This document shows positions 27,671 to 38,158 of a stretch of 64,000 bases of DNA, in pieces. How positions within the stretch are numbered: position 1 is the first letter of the stretch; each line of letters opens with the position of its first letter. Made by a program: the position numbers and the translations under genes. This stretch comes from Armatimonadota bacterium (GTDB lineage Bacteria > Armatimonadota > HRBIN16). Below the pieces are notes generated by a model. It searched no databases, was not told the origin of the DNA, and worked only from the letters and a program-made list of their open reading frames with translations. Location of the stretch: contig BPGU01000003.1 in NCBI GenBank assembly GCA_026003195.1, positions 472,763 to 536,762 on the forward strand, given 5' to 3'.

Positions 27671-28930
27671 TTACGTCCGCACCTGCCCATCGCCGTACAC
27701 GACGTATTTGGTGGTGGTCAGTTCGCGCAAGCCCATGGGACCACGTGCGTGCAGTTTCTGCGTGCTGATACCAATCTCCGCCCCGAAGCCGAACTCAAAG
27801 CCGTCGGTGAATCGAGTGGAGGCGTTCACGTACACACAGGCAGCGTCTACCTCGCGAGTAAATCGTCGTGCGGCGTCTAGACTGCGCGTAAGGATGGCTT
27901 CGGAATGGCGACTGCCGTAGTGGTTGATATGCGCCACCGCCTCCTCGAGACTGTCCACCACCTTCACCGCCAGTATCAGCGCGAGGTATTCGGTGTACCA
28001 GTCCTCTTCGGTGGCGGGCACCGCCCAGGGAACCAGTTGTCGCGTACGCTCACAACCGCGAATCTCCACTCCTGCGCTCTTCAACCTCTCTGCAAAGGCA
28101 GGCAGGAACGCTTCCGCCACTGCCGAATGCACCAGCAGCGTCTCCATCGCATTGCATACCGAGCACCGCTGTACCTTCGCGTTGAACGCCACCTCCGATG
28201 CCATCTGCAGGTCGGCGTCCTCATGCACGTAGGTATGGCAGTTGCCCACGCCGGTTTCAATCACGGGCACGGTGGCGGTCTGCATCACCGTTTGTATCAG
28301 ACCTGCGCCGCCTCGCGGGATAATGCAGTCCACCAGTCCGTTCAGGCGCATCAGATAGGTGGCCGCTTCGCGGTCAGTGGTCTGCACCATCTGCACACAC
28401 TCCGCCGGTAGACCCGCGCTTTGCACTGCGCGCACCAGACTGCCGGTGATTGCCTGATTCGACTGGAAAGCCTCCGAGCCGCCCCGCAAGATGACGGCGT
28501 TGCCCGACTTGAGGCACAGTGCCGCCGCGTCGGCGGTCACGTTCGGGCGCGATTCATAGATGATGGCGATGACTCCCAGCGGCACACGCACCTTCAGGAT
28601 TTCTAGCCCGTTGGGTCGCTTCCAGCCTTCCACGATCTCGCCCACCGGGTCGGGTAGCGCAGTCACCTGCCGAATGCCCTCTGCCATCGCTGCGATGCGC
28701 TTTTCGCTCAGCGTCAGCCGTTCTATCATGGCTTCAGAGAGTCCCCGCTCACGAGCCCGGCGGATATCCTCGTCATTTGCCTCCAGAATATGCGCGGAAT
28801 CGGCAAGCAAGGCATCAGCCATCGCCAGCAGAGCCCGGTTCTTGACGGCACTGCTTGCCTGCGCCAGCGTCATCGCCGCACGGCGAGCGGCTCTCGCTTG
28901 TTCAGTAATCTGTAGTTCCCAATCGCTCAT
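27671..28930 (-). CDS. proA: gamma-glutamyl phosphate reductase
   Basis: ALDH-like fold with ...[31 protein letters not shown]...[10 protein letters not shown].... Confidence 0.9.
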   Translation of the reverse strand: MSDWELQITEQARAARRAAMTLAQASSAVKNRALLAMADALLADSAHILEANDEDIRRARERGLSEAMIERLTLSEKRIAAMAEGIRQVTALPDPVGEIVEGWKRPNGLEILKVRVPLGVIAIIYESRPNVTADAAALCLKSGNAVILRGGSEAFQSNQAITGSLVRAVQSAGLPAECVQMVQTTDREAATYLMRLNGLVDCIIPRGGAGLIQTVMQTATVPVIETGVGNCHTYVHEDADLQMASEVAFNAKVQRCSVCNAMETLLVHSAVAEAFLPAFAERLKSAGVEIRGCERTRQLVPWAVPATEEDWYTEYLALILAVKVVDSLEEAVAHINHYGSRHSEAILTRSLDAARRFTREVDAACVYVNASTRFTDGFEFGFGAEIGISTQKLHARGPMGLRELTTTKYVVYGDGQVRT

Positions 28931-29058
28931 CTGTGTGCTGCACCACCTGTGGAAGTACTTCGTTTATAGATTACCACAAAACATCCCTCTCTACGCACGA
29001 ACGCCAGGGATGCCCCTCCTCTGGAGGAGCGAAAGGCGAAAGGGCAGGTATGCAATGC

Positions 29059-29439
29059 TCACCTCAGCGACAACGCTGCCATGAGATGTTGCTCCAGCTC
29101 CCCAACTGCTCCCCGGACCGCCTCGGGTTGCACCCCGGCAGCGATTTCCGGGTAGCCTGCCTGCGTCAGCATTTCCGGCAGGTGATAGGCGAGCTGCTTC
29201 AGCGTCCAGACGATGGCATCCGACATCCCATAGCCTGCCAGCTCCACACGCTCATCGCGCCCCAGAGGGTCATAATGATAGTGCGGTTGGTACCTGAAGC
29301 AGTCAAAGCGCAGGATTTGGCGCGGGCTTTCGTTCACTCGCGCGTATACCCGGATGTCGAAGCCCTCATCCCCACCGAAGTGCCGGTACTCTGCCGTCAA
29401 CCAGATATTGCCAGCCTCGAAAGTGCGCTGCAAAAGCAT
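29059..29439 (-). CDS. hypothetical protein
   Basis: ORF with a GGAGG-type RBS at the ATG 29437-29439. No recognisable domain. Confidence 0.4.
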   Translation of the reverse strand: MLLQRTFEAGNIWLTAEYRHFGGDEGFDIRVYARVNESPRQILRFDCFRYQPHYHYDPLGRDERVELAGYGMSDAIVWTLKQLAYHLPEMLTQAGYPEIAAGVQPEAVRGAVGELEQHLMAALSLR

Positions 29440-29653
29440 CCCTCCTTCCCTGATTCGGACACGGGTGCGGCAAGCGCATCCCTGCACACAAAACCTCCTT
29501 GCCGTTTGCTCCAGCCCGCACAACGGTTATTACGGAGTTTATCACTAAAACCCACCAGAAGGCAATAGGTGCCCGGCATTGCTCTGAGGTGCAGGAATCG
29601 TCCACCGCAGCGCGTATTCCAGCTTGTCCAACATTGCCGACAGGAGGAGAGCC

Positions 29654-30838
29654 ATGCCCCAACCGGACATCTGTCAGCAGTTCCTGATTTCGTTCTGGTG
29701 TGCACCGCCCGGCGAGGAGACGAATCTGCAACGCTACCGCGAAATAGCGGAGTGCGGTTTCAACGTCGTGCTTCCACCCTGCGGTGCGTGGAGCGTGGAA
29801 CTCAATCGCCAGATTCTGCACCTGTGCCAACAAACCGGTCTGAAGGCGATTGTCGGCGACGGCAGGGTGATGGCGAAGCAACCCAATGATCCCGACTTCG
29901 CACGCAACCTCGACGCGGTCATCGCCGACTACGCTCACCACCCCGCGCTCGCCGGTTATTTTCTCGTCGATGAACCCAGTGCCTCTGCCTTTCCTTTGCT
30001 GGGTTCCGTGAACCGGTACTTTTTGCAGAAAGACCCCAAGCATCTGCCTTACATCAATCTTTTTCCGAACTACGCGAACGAACAGCAGCTCGGCACCGAG
30101 AGCTACGATGAGCATATCGCTCGTTACATCCGGGAGGTACAGCCCGCTCTGGTAAGCTGGGACCACTACGCGCTGCTGGAAAACGGCGAGCGCGATATCT
30201 ACTTCGAGAACCTGGAGATTGTGCGCAGACACTGCCTGCAGGCGAATCTACCCTTTGTGCAAATCGTGCTGACCGTGCCGCATGGTCCGTATCGCGACCC
30301 CGATGAAGTTGACCTGCGCTGGCAGGCGTACACCACCCTCGCGTACGGCGCAAAGGGCATCCTCTGGTTCACTTACTGGACACCACCTTTTGACCCGCAA
30401 TGGCGATTCCGCAACGCCATCATCAACGAGAAGGGCGTGCCTTCCACCAAGTACACTATCCTGAAAGACCTGCACGGACGTATCCGAAACCTTGCCCGCA
30501 CGCAGATGCGCCTGCGCAGTGCAGGTGTTTACCATACGCCGCCGTTGCCAAAGGGCACCGTTGCTCTGGATAGCAGGTCGCCGATTACGGAGTGTGACGC
30601 AGAGGACACCTTGCTGGGCTGGCTGCGCGATGGGCAGCGCAGGGATTATCTGTGGGTGGTGAACCGCTCGTTCCGGCAGAGTCGTCGCGTGCTACTGCGC
30701 CTGCGTGCCTCCGTCAGCGAGGTCGGGGAGGTGAACCAGATAGACGGACTGGTACAGCCTGTCTCTTACGATGCTTCCAGCCGCCGATTACCGATCGCGC
30801 TGTTGCCCGGAGAGGGTAAACTGTTTGTGCTGGCGTAG
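29654..30838 (+). CDS. putative TIM-barrel glycoside hydrolase (GH42/GH113-like, family uncertain)
   Basis: AGGAGG RBS then ATG 29654. FLISFWCAPPGEETNLQRYREIAECGFNVVL... and Trp-rich barrel motifs (ILWFTYWTPP). No signal peptide. Confidence 0.55.
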   Translation: MPQPDICQQFLISFWCAPPGEETNLQRYREIAECGFNVVLPPCGAWSVELNRQILHLCQQTGLKAIVGDGRVMAKQPNDPDFARNLDAVIADYAHHPALAGYFLVDEPSASAFPLLGSVNRYFLQKDPKHLPYINLFPNYANEQQLGTESYDEHIARYIREVQPALVSWDHYALLENGERDIYFENLEIVRRHCLQANLPFVQIVLTVPHGPYRDPDEVDLRWQAYTTLAYGAKGILWFTYWTPPFDPQWRFRNAIINEKGVPSTKYTILKDLHGRIRNLARTQMRLRSAGVYHTPPLPKGTVALDSRSPITECDAEDTLLGWLRDGQRRDYLWVVNRSFRQSRRVLLRLRASVSEVGEVNQIDGLVQPVSYDASSRRLPIALLPGEGKLFVLA

Positions 30839-31037
30839 CCACGAGGGGACACCTGGTAGTCTGTCAACCCGATTGTTGGCAGGTTGCTGGATGAGCTCCA
30901 CCAACTCTTTATCCCGTTATTCTGACAGAATCAACATGCCCTTCTGAGCGAAGCGGAGAATCTCACTAGAGCGACAACTGGAGACGCTTCGCTGACGCTC
31001 CGCGTGACAGGAAAGTAGCACACCCATCTGTCAGTTG

Positions 31038-32051
31038 TTACATCGCCTGTAGCAGCTCCAGCATCTCGCGGTCCAGCTTGTGCCCCCGCCAGTCCTCATA
31101 GCGCACGTCCGCGCGTCCGCTATCTACCGGTCCAAAGGAACCGTAGAAGTTCCACATCGCCCAGCCCCAGCCTGCCTCCTTCCAGAGGCTCAGCAGGTCA
31201 CGCAGCCATGCCATCACCACCCGGTGAGGTGTCTGGTTGTGTGCGCCGAACTCGCCAATCATCACGCCGACGCCCTTCTTCTCCAGCTCTTTCCAGGGCT
31301 TGTAGATGCGCTCCCAGATCGTCTGTTTGTCCCACACGGTGTTGCCTTCGCGCCAGGGGTAGGTGGGTTCGGGCCATCTGTCGGAGCCTTGCACCCAGCT
31401 GGCTTTATAGTGGGAGATGACGAAGGGGTCGTAACCGCGCGTGGCACCCGCTACCTTCAGCCCAACCAGCTCCTCGATGGGGTTCCTTGCCCAGTTCAAC
31501 CCATCACAGATGATGAGACGGTCGGGGTCTTGCTCGCGGATGGCTTCCACCACACGCTCCACCACCCTGCGATGTACTTCGGGAGAAATGTTTGCGGGCT
31601 CGTTGAACAGATTGAAACTGACCTGGCTGTTGGGGATGCCCTTATACCTTTTGGCGAAGTGCGCCCAGTGCAGGCAACACACTTTGAGCGCCTCAGCGTC
31701 TGTCCACAGCGGTTTCGGTTCTGGCGGCGAGGCGACTGTGTAACCGGGCGCGCGATGGAAGTTGATGCATACATGCACTCCATGCTTTTGCCCGTAGCGC
31801 ACTGCTGCATCGATCTCTTTCAGCACCTCTTCGCGCAGTTTCGTCCAGTCCGAAGGGTCTGTCCAGCATCGGTAATCCATCGGCAGGCGCACGAAGTTGA
31901 ACCCCAGTTCGGCAAGCCATGCGAAGTCTTGCTCGCTGAAAGGTCGGTTATTCCAGTCGAGATGAAACTTATTGAGCAGGTTAAAGCCACGCCATCGGGG
32001 TAGCTTTTGCGGCGTTGCCGCAGGGAGCTTGCGCTGTGCTACTGGTGCCAT
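31038..32051 (-). CDS. GH5 family glycoside hydrolase (cellulase family A fold), cytoplasmic
   Basis: FNLFNEPAN (acid/base NEP) and MIGEFGAH (nucleophile GEFG). Strong RBS GGAGGAGGG upstream of ATG 32049-32051. Confidence 0.8.
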   Translation of the reverse strand: MAPVAQRKLPAATPQKLPRWRGFNLLNKFHLDWNNRPFSEQDFAWLAELGFNFVRLPMDYRCWTDPSDWTKLREEVLKEIDAAVRYGQKHGVHVCINFHRAPGYTVASPPEPKPLWTDAEALKVCCLHWAHFAKRYKGIPNSQVSFNLFNEPANISPEVHRRVVERVVEAIREQDPDRLIICDGLNWARNPIEELVGLKVAGATRGYDPFVISHYKASWVQGSDRWPEPTYPWREGNTVWDKQTIWERIYKPWKELEKKGVGVMIGEFGAHNQTPHRVVMAWLRDLLSLWKEAGWGWAMWNFYGSFGPVDSGRADVRYEDWRGHKLDREMLELLQAM

Positions 32052-32199
32052 GCTTTCCCTCCTCCTTCGGTGATGCTTACTGTTGGGTTCTTGCTTCTTC
32101 TTGCGGAATCCTCTCCAGAGGAATCTGGACAGAACAGGGTATTGTGGGTAAACTATGAGTGGGATGGGCAGGAGTATTACATCCTGCTTGAAATCTGAG

Positions 32200-32955
32200 A
32201 TGTCTGACACGGCTTTCAACCTGATCGCTCCCTACTACGACGAGCTCATGCACAACGTGCCCTACGACTTCTGGGTGCGCTACGTGCACGAGCTGATAGA
32301 CCGCTACCGCCTGAAGGTGCACAGTATCCTCGACCTTGCCTGTGGCACGGGCAACGTGGCGATGCGCTTGGCGAAAATGGGTTATGAGGTGTGGGGAGTA
32401 GACATCTCCGCGCCGATGGTGGCGGAAGCGCAGCGCAAAGCGCAGGAAGCGGGGCTACATATCCACTACGAGGTGCAAGACGCTGCGCAGCTGCAACTGC
32501 CCCGACAGTTTGACCTCGTGCTCAGCCTGTTCGACAGCCTGAACTATATCCTCTCTCCCGAAAAGCTGCAAGAGGCGTTCCGAAGGGTTTACACTCACCT
32601 GCAACCCGGAGGTGCGTTCCTCTTCGATGTGAATACCGAGTATGCCTTGCGCGAGGGGCTGTTCGACCAGGACAACCTCGGTTCGCGCCGCCGACTGCTT
32701 TATCGCTGGAAGAGCCGATACGACGAGGAGACCAGAATCTGTACGGTGGAGATGGAGTTCTGGCTGCGCAACGAGAGGGGAGAGCTCGCCCAACATTTTG
32801 TGGAGGTGCATCGCCAGCGAGCGTACACCCTGGACGAGTTGAACACCATGTTACGAGAGGCTGGCTTCGATTACGCCCGCGCCTTTCACGCCTATACCCT
32901 GCGTCCGCCCAACGCTACCACCGACCGCGCCTTCTTTGTGGCGACGAAGTGGTAA
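32200..32955 (+). CDS. class I SAM-dependent methyltransferase
   Basis: ILDLACGTGNVAMRLAKMGYEVWGVDIS (motif I) and ...LVLSLFDSLNYIL. Confidence 0.8.
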   Translation: MSDTAFNLIAPYYDELMHNVPYDFWVRYVHELIDRYRLKVHSILDLACGTGNVAMRLAKMGYEVWGVDISAPMVAEAQRKAQEAGLHIHYEVQDAAQLQLPRQFDLVLSLFDSLNYILSPEKLQEAFRRVYTHLQPGGAFLFDVNTEYALREGLFDQDNLGSRRRLLYRWKSRYDEETRICTVEMEFWLRNERGELAQHFVEVHRQRAYTLDELNTMLREAGFDYARAFHAYTLRPPNATTDRAFFVATKW

Positions 32956-33102
32956 GGCGCTATGGATACGGCTCGTCAGGAGCCTCGCCCTCCAAGTTCG
33001 TACAACAGCAGGGTGCTGCTCGGTCGTGGCCGCAAGATTCGAATGCGGCGGAGCGCCTCTCTCCCATCCGATGGGGAGCGGCCTGAGACGCAGAAACCTG
33101 CG

Positions 33103-35535
33103 TTACGTCCCCACCACCCTTTCGAGAAGGTTCACCTCTGCAATCTCAGGTGGTTCGCCCGGTACTATACGCCACGTCTTGATTTCACACGCGCCGATAG
33201 GAGCCTCCCACCTCACACCCAGCAGGGGCATCTCGATGCGCACGGTGCAGCCCGTGCCGGTGCTCTCGTATGCTCGCACGATGAGTGCATCGGCATCCTC
33301 AGCCTTCTTGCAAACGGCCACCAGCACATTCTCCGGTTCAACGCTCAGCAGGGAGGCGGTTGGTAGCAGATCGCCCTCATGCACATACTCGTTCACGGTA
33401 ATCGGAGGCACGTTCAGCTCCCATGCACGTCGGGGGATATGTGCCTCCTGCCAGCTGCCTGTATGCGGCACCAGCCGATAGGTAACCGTCTGGATACCCT
33501 GATCGATATACTGGTAACGCTTCTCGGTTTCCAGCGTGTTTGGGGCGTGATGTGCGTAGGCAGGGCTGCGCAGGATGCTAAGGCGCAGTTCGGAGTCCAG
33601 CGCGTCGTAGCCGTACTTGCTGTCGTTCAGCAGGGCGAAGCCGTAGGGGATGCGTTCGCCGTCGTCGTTCACCGCCCAGCCCGACAGGTCTATCCACTGC
33701 TGGCAGGGTTCCTCCTCGCCGTTCGGTTCGCGCAGCGTGAAGCCGTACGGTGCCTCGGCGGTGACCCGCGCTTCCTGCAAGCGCAGGGGGAAAGCTATCT
33801 TGAGCATCCTGTACTGCTCCTGCCAGTGGATGGTGGCTCGGCACTCGATGAGGTCGCAATCGCGATACAGGTACAGTCGCTGCGTCATCTGCGAGCTGCC
33901 CCAGCGGGTCTCAATACGCAAGCAGGTGCGCACCTCCCCCAGCTCCTCGATAGCCAGCTGTGCACCGTCGAACCGCCCCAACTCGTTGCGGAAGGAGGAT
34001 ACGTCATGGCTCCAGGTGTCGCTGGGGTCGTCGATGACGATGCCCACATTGGCGGGCGCAGAAAGCACCTCCACACGGTGGCGTTTGTCGTACAGGCGCG
34101 CCAGATGACCAGCAGGGTTGACCTCCAGTCGCCAGAAGTCGTTCTCTAACACTGCGCCTTCCGCCTCCAGTTCCGCGCGGAGAGTGCGCTGAGGCTGGAC
34201 AGGGGCAACCTCCACGTCCGAACGTAACACCCGGTAGCCCATCGGAGGCAGGTGCAGGACAAACACACTGCGCCGCTGTCCACTGGCGGTGGTGGGCTGG
34301 ATGCTTTGCGCTGGCAGGAGGTTGCCCGATTCGTCCTTCAGCTGCGCCGAGCCACGTTCCACCTCCACAGGAACCCTGATCGCCCAGGGCAAGGGATTGA
34401 AGACCACCAGCGGATTACCCTCGCCGCGCGTGTCGATGTGTGCTGTCAACGCCTGCAGGCTGGTGTGCAGGGCGTATGCGCCCAGTGTGGCAGCGTGTCC
34501 GTACAGGTCGCGCGCGTCCTCGTAGCCTTCGGGCAGGCTGGTGCCCGCGAGAATGTCATGGAACTGGTTGAACAGCACGCTCTGCCACGCTTCGGTCAAC
34601 GTCTGCTGCGGATATTCCCGCCCCAGCAATGCCCACGCCATCGATGCCACGCGCTCGGCGGTCATCAGCAGGTGCTCAGTGCGGCGGTTCTGGCGTTTGA
34701 CCTCCGAGTGGGCGGTGTAACAGCCGCGTGCATGGTGTTGCAGCTCTTCGGGCACAGTGGGGAGGGGGACACCTGCCTCCGCCTGTGCTTCTACCGCCTC
34801 GAAGAAGGCGTTCAGGGTGCTGAGACGAACGGCTGGCGTATCGGGGTTCCGGCTCATCTCCAGCAGGGAGCGGATGTTCTGGATGGTGGGACCTCCTCCG
34901 TGATTACCCACGCCGTAGAAAACGATATAGTCCTGCAAGAAACCGGGCGCGCCTTCCGCGCTGGCGCGCACATGCTCTACCAGATCCCTGCCCCACGTGG
35001 CGTAGGAGCGGGTGATTCGCGCCGTCAGCACGCGCGAGCCGTCGGGCGACTGCCACCAGAAAACGTTGGCAGGCAGGCTCTTCTCATGCGGACCGGGGCG
35101 CATGAAGAGGTAGCGTATTAGCCCCGCTTTGCGCAGAATCTGCGGCAGTGTGCCCGCGTGCCCGAAGCTATCGGGGTTATAGCCCACTGTTGCGGTCACG
35201 CCGAAGGTCTTCTGGAAGTAACGCTGCGCGTACAGCGCCTGACGCACGAAGGACTCGCCGCAGGGGATGTTGCAGTCGGGCTGTATCCACCATCCGCCCA
35301 CGATCTCCCACCGTCCCTCGCGCACGCGCTGGCGAATCTGCTCCAGCAGGTCGGGGTCGGTCTGCTCTAACAGCCAGTAAAACGCGGCGGAACTGCCCGT
35401 GAAGTGGAACTCGGGGAACTCCTCCATGCGTTGCAGTACGCTGGCGAAGGTGGAGCGAATGGTCTCTAGCCCCTCCGTCCACCGCCACAGCCATACCGGG
35501 TCGATATGCGCGTTGCCGATAGCGTGAAGAGTCAT
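33103..35535 (-). CDS. GH38 alpha-mannosidase (second paralogue)
   Basis: GNAHIDPVWLWRW, ...GGWWIQPDCNIPCGESFVRQALYAQRYF...PDSFGH.... ATG at 35533-35535. Confidence 0.9.
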   Translation of the reverse strand: MTLHAIGNAHIDPVWLWRWTEGLETIRSTFASVLQRMEEFPEFHFTGSSAAFYWLLEQTDPDLLEQIRQRVREGRWEIVGGWWIQPDCNIPCGESFVRQALYAQRYFQKTFGVTATVGYNPDSFGHAGTLPQILRKAGLIRYLFMRPGPHEKSLPANVFWWQSPDGSRVLTARITRSYATWGRDLVEHVRASAEGAPGFLQDYIVFYGVGNHGGGPTIQNIRSLLEMSRNPDTPAVRLSTLNAFFEAVEAQAEAGVPLPTVPEELQHHARGCYTAHSEVKRQNRRTEHLLMTAERVASMAWALLGREYPQQTLTEAWQSVLFNQFHDILAGTSLPEGYEDARDLYGHAATLGAYALHTSLQALTAHIDTRGEGNPLVVFNPLPWAIRVPVEVERGSAQLKDESGNLLPAQSIQPTTASGQRRSVFVLHLPPMGYRVLRSDVEVAPVQPQRTLRAELEAEGAVLENDFWRLEVNPAGHLARLYDKRHRVEVLSAPANVGIVIDDPSDTWSHDVSSFRNELGRFDGAQLAIEELGEVRTCLRIETRWGSSQMTQRLYLYRDCDLIECRATIHWQEQYRMLKIAFPLRLQEARVTAEAPYGFTLREPNGEEEPCQQWIDLSGWAVNDDGERIPYGFALLNDSKYGYDALDSELRLSILRSPAYAHHAPNTLETEKRYQYIDQGIQTVTYRLVPHTGSWQEAHIPRRAWELNVPPITVNEYVHEGDLLPTASLLSVEPENVLVAVCKKAEDADALIVRAYESTGTGCTVRIEMPLLGVRWEAPIGACEIKTWRIVPGEPPEIAEVNLLERVVGT

Positions 35536-35990
35536 GAGTGCTCCTACCTTATTTCGGTTATTTGACATCGCCTCTACCGATTCGCGGGGGATGGGCGTTC
35601 TCCTGCATCTGCCATGCAGGAAGGCTTCCATCCGCTAATGGTGGTCTTCTTCCAGACCGATGGCGGAATCCAGCCAGCGCGAGTGCGAAAGTCGCCAGTT
35701 GTTGCTGACCACCCGGCGACTGGAAGTCACGGGCAACGTGCACAAAACCTCCTTCGGGGGTTGATAACCTGCGTGAGCAGGTTTCGTCCTCTGTTGCCCG
35801 CGACTTTCCATCGCTGGGGCAAAACCAACATCTTAAGGAAAGGGTTTGACAAAGCAGTACCACTCTGTCAAGGCTCCATCTTCTGGAGGGCGAGGCTCCT
35901 GCCGAGCCGTTGTGGATGTGATGTTCGGCTCACCGGCATGTCGCCCTCCAGAGTATCAGAGCGAAGATGCATGTTTGACAGAGTACTACC

Positions 35991-38135
35991 TCAGTACCAT
36001 TCTAACCGCAGACCACCCAACAGGTGCTCGCCTTCCAGCTTACCCACCGCGCCTTCGTCTGTCAGGCTATACACCACCCAAGGCACTTCACCCTTCTGCC
36101 AGTCTGCCAGAGGCAACAACGGCACGCGGCACGGATAGGGAGCGGTCTGGCGCAGACGCACCACCCCCTGCGTGCGGTCTATCTGCAGCCCGCACAGCGC
36201 GAACAGGTATCCGATGGAGGTGATGCCGCGCGGGTAGAAACAGAGGTTGTTGGTGAAATAGGTATCGATGAACCCTTTGTTCAGCCCGGCAGTGTTCATT
36301 AACTGCTCCATCGCCATATAGCGCGAGGAGTTATCGGGCAGCCCCACCCCCAGATAGGCGGCGATATAGTCGCGCCACAGGTTTTGCGAGAGCCACACGT
36401 TGCTTTTGTCTGCGCTGGTGTGTGTGCAGCCGTATTCGGTGAGCGCGTGTCGGTAGGCGCTGACGATGTCCTGTTTCATGCGCGAGAGGTCTACCGGTGG
36501 CGTATGCCCGCTCATCAGCAGATAGAGCAAACCGTTGGCGGTATAGAGGGAATAGGCATCCCATCCACTCATCTCCCCGTGCAACGGCTCACCGGTCCAG
36601 GGGTCTTTCAAACCCTCGGCGGTGCGCTCCAGACACACCGCGTAGTGGTCGCCCAGCCACGCCTGCGCGTCCAGCGTTTCCCGAATGCGCGTCACGATGC
36701 GCTCACATTGTGTCAGCCATTCGCTATCTCCCAGAGCCTGCGCGATGTGCGCCGCGGCATGACAGGCGGAGAGGGTCTTGACCGCCAGGTACACCTGCTC
36801 GCGGGCGTATTGTACCGCAGCGGAGGCGTCGTCGATAGTGTTTGCCACACCCTCGTTAGGAAAGCCGTTGCCGGTGGTATCGCTGCGCTCGAAGTAGTCC
36901 ACCAGCCGTCGGCACAGGGCGTGGTGTCGGCGTGCCGGCTCCAGGTTGCCCGTCCAGCGCCAGTAAGCGTGCAGCATCAGCAGGTAGTTGGCGTTCTCTT
37001 CCACCTGCATCGGGTGCGGGTACGCCTGCTTACCGACCCTGGCGTGCGTGCCCATGTCATGCGCGAGGTAGCTGCCTACCTCGTCCCGCATCTCGAAGCG
37101 TGCCCACTCGTCCAGCAGCCTCTCCAGCAGGGGCAGCCAGAAGGCAAAGTACACCAGCCCGTTGTTGTACTCTACGTCGACGGTGCTGTGGAAGTAGCAG
37201 GAACCTTCCCACACGCTGAACCACTGCTCGCCCGCTTCGTCGACCGTCCACCAGCTGTTCAGCAGGAAGTTCTGGAAGGAGAAGCGGATGAGGTCCAGCT
37301 GCGATTTGCTCAGGCTGGCTTCGTCCAGCAGGCTTTCCACGAACTCCGTTTTGCGCAGCAGGGTATCTGCCTCTTCTCTGGCGAAACGGGCGACCTCGTC
37401 CACGTTCGCGAACTGGCGCGTGTACAGGAAGCGCATCGGCTTGCCGAACACCTCCAGCACGGGCGCGTCAATATGGGTGCACCATGCAAAGCGCAGGCTG
37501 GTTTCCTCACTCTGGGTGAAGTCGAACGGCAGTGCCAGCCCATTGTTCTCTACCAGAGTACCTTCGGTCAAGGGCACGATGCGCTCATGCGCTACAGGTG
37601 GGTTCTCCCCGACGATGAAGTCCCGGATGGTGAACCGCTCGTCGGCGACATGCGACACAGCGTATTCCAGTGCCAGCGCATCCTGCAAGGGAGTCATCTG
37701 TGTGCCCTCGCGCTGCAGGCGCACCACCAGTCTGCCCTTCTGCACGGGGTTCTGGCAACTTGTCCAGAAGAGGCGGGGCTGGGGTTGCACCTTCACCGTG
37801 AAGTAGAACAGGGGCGCTGTGGAGACCACGGCATCGTGCGGGTAGAAGGGGGCGACGATCTCCACCTCCAGCCGGACGCCGTATTGCACCGAATGTGCCC
37901 GGTAGCGCACCCCGCACAGGCGCAGTTCCTGCTCTACCGCGTCGAACATCTGTGCCTCACTGGTGAAGGGCAGGGCGACCACCTCGCCCTTCTCCGTTTC
38001 TACCCCGATAGTCAGATCCATCGGCTGTTCTACCCACCGCCCGAGTGCGGAGTGGAGCACATGTTTCGCGTAGGGGTCCAGCACCAGCGTCAAGCGCGAC
38101 CCCAATCGGCTCACAGAAGTAGCATGAAGGTTCAT
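35991..38135 (-). CDS. GH52-like glycoside hydrolase (beta-xylosidase family)
   Basis: 714 aa. (alpha/alpha)6-type segments and a C-terminal FYPRGITSIGYLF resembling the GH52 YYPRGVTSILW region. RBS GAGGTGA. Confidence 0.65.
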   Translation of the reverse strand: MNLHATSVSRLGSRLTLVLDPYAKHVLHSALGRWVEQPMDLTIGVETEKGEVVALPFTSEAQMFDAVEQELRLCGVRYRAHSVQYGVRLEVEIVAPFYPHDAVVSTAPLFYFTVKVQPQPRLFWTSCQNPVQKGRLVVRLQREGTQMTPLQDALALEYAVSHVADERFTIRDFIVGENPPVAHERIVPLTEGTLVENNGLALPFDFTQSEETSLRFAWCTHIDAPVLEVFGKPMRFLYTRQFANVDEVARFAREEADTLLRKTEFVESLLDEASLSKSQLDLIRFSFQNFLLNSWWTVDEAGEQWFSVWEGSCYFHSTVDVEYNNGLVYFAFWLPLLERLLDEWARFEMRDEVGSYLAHDMGTHARVGKQAYPHPMQVEENANYLLMLHAYWRWTGNLEPARRHHALCRRLVDYFERSDTTGNGFPNEGVANTIDDASAAVQYAREQVYLAVKTLSACHAAAHIAQALGDSEWLTQCERIVTRIRETLDAQAWLGDHYAVCLERTAEGLKDPWTGEPLHGEMSGWDAYSLYTANGLLYLLMSGHTPPVDLSRMKQDIVSAYRHALTEYGCTHTSADKSNVWLSQNLWRDYIAAYLGVGLPDNSSRYMAMEQLMNTAGLNKGFIDTYFTNNLCFYPRGITSIGYLFALCGLQIDRTQGVVRLRQTAPYPCRVPLLPLADWQKGEVPWVVYSLTDEGAVGKLEGEHLLGGLRLEWY

Positions 38136-38158
38136 ACGCTTTCACCTCAGAAATCGAT

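Noticed and set aside
33025-33045. GATTCGAATGC, resembling a tRNA T-loop (GGTTCGAATCC)
   Set aside because: No acceptor, D or anticodon stems could be built around it. It lies in a convergent intergenic spacer.
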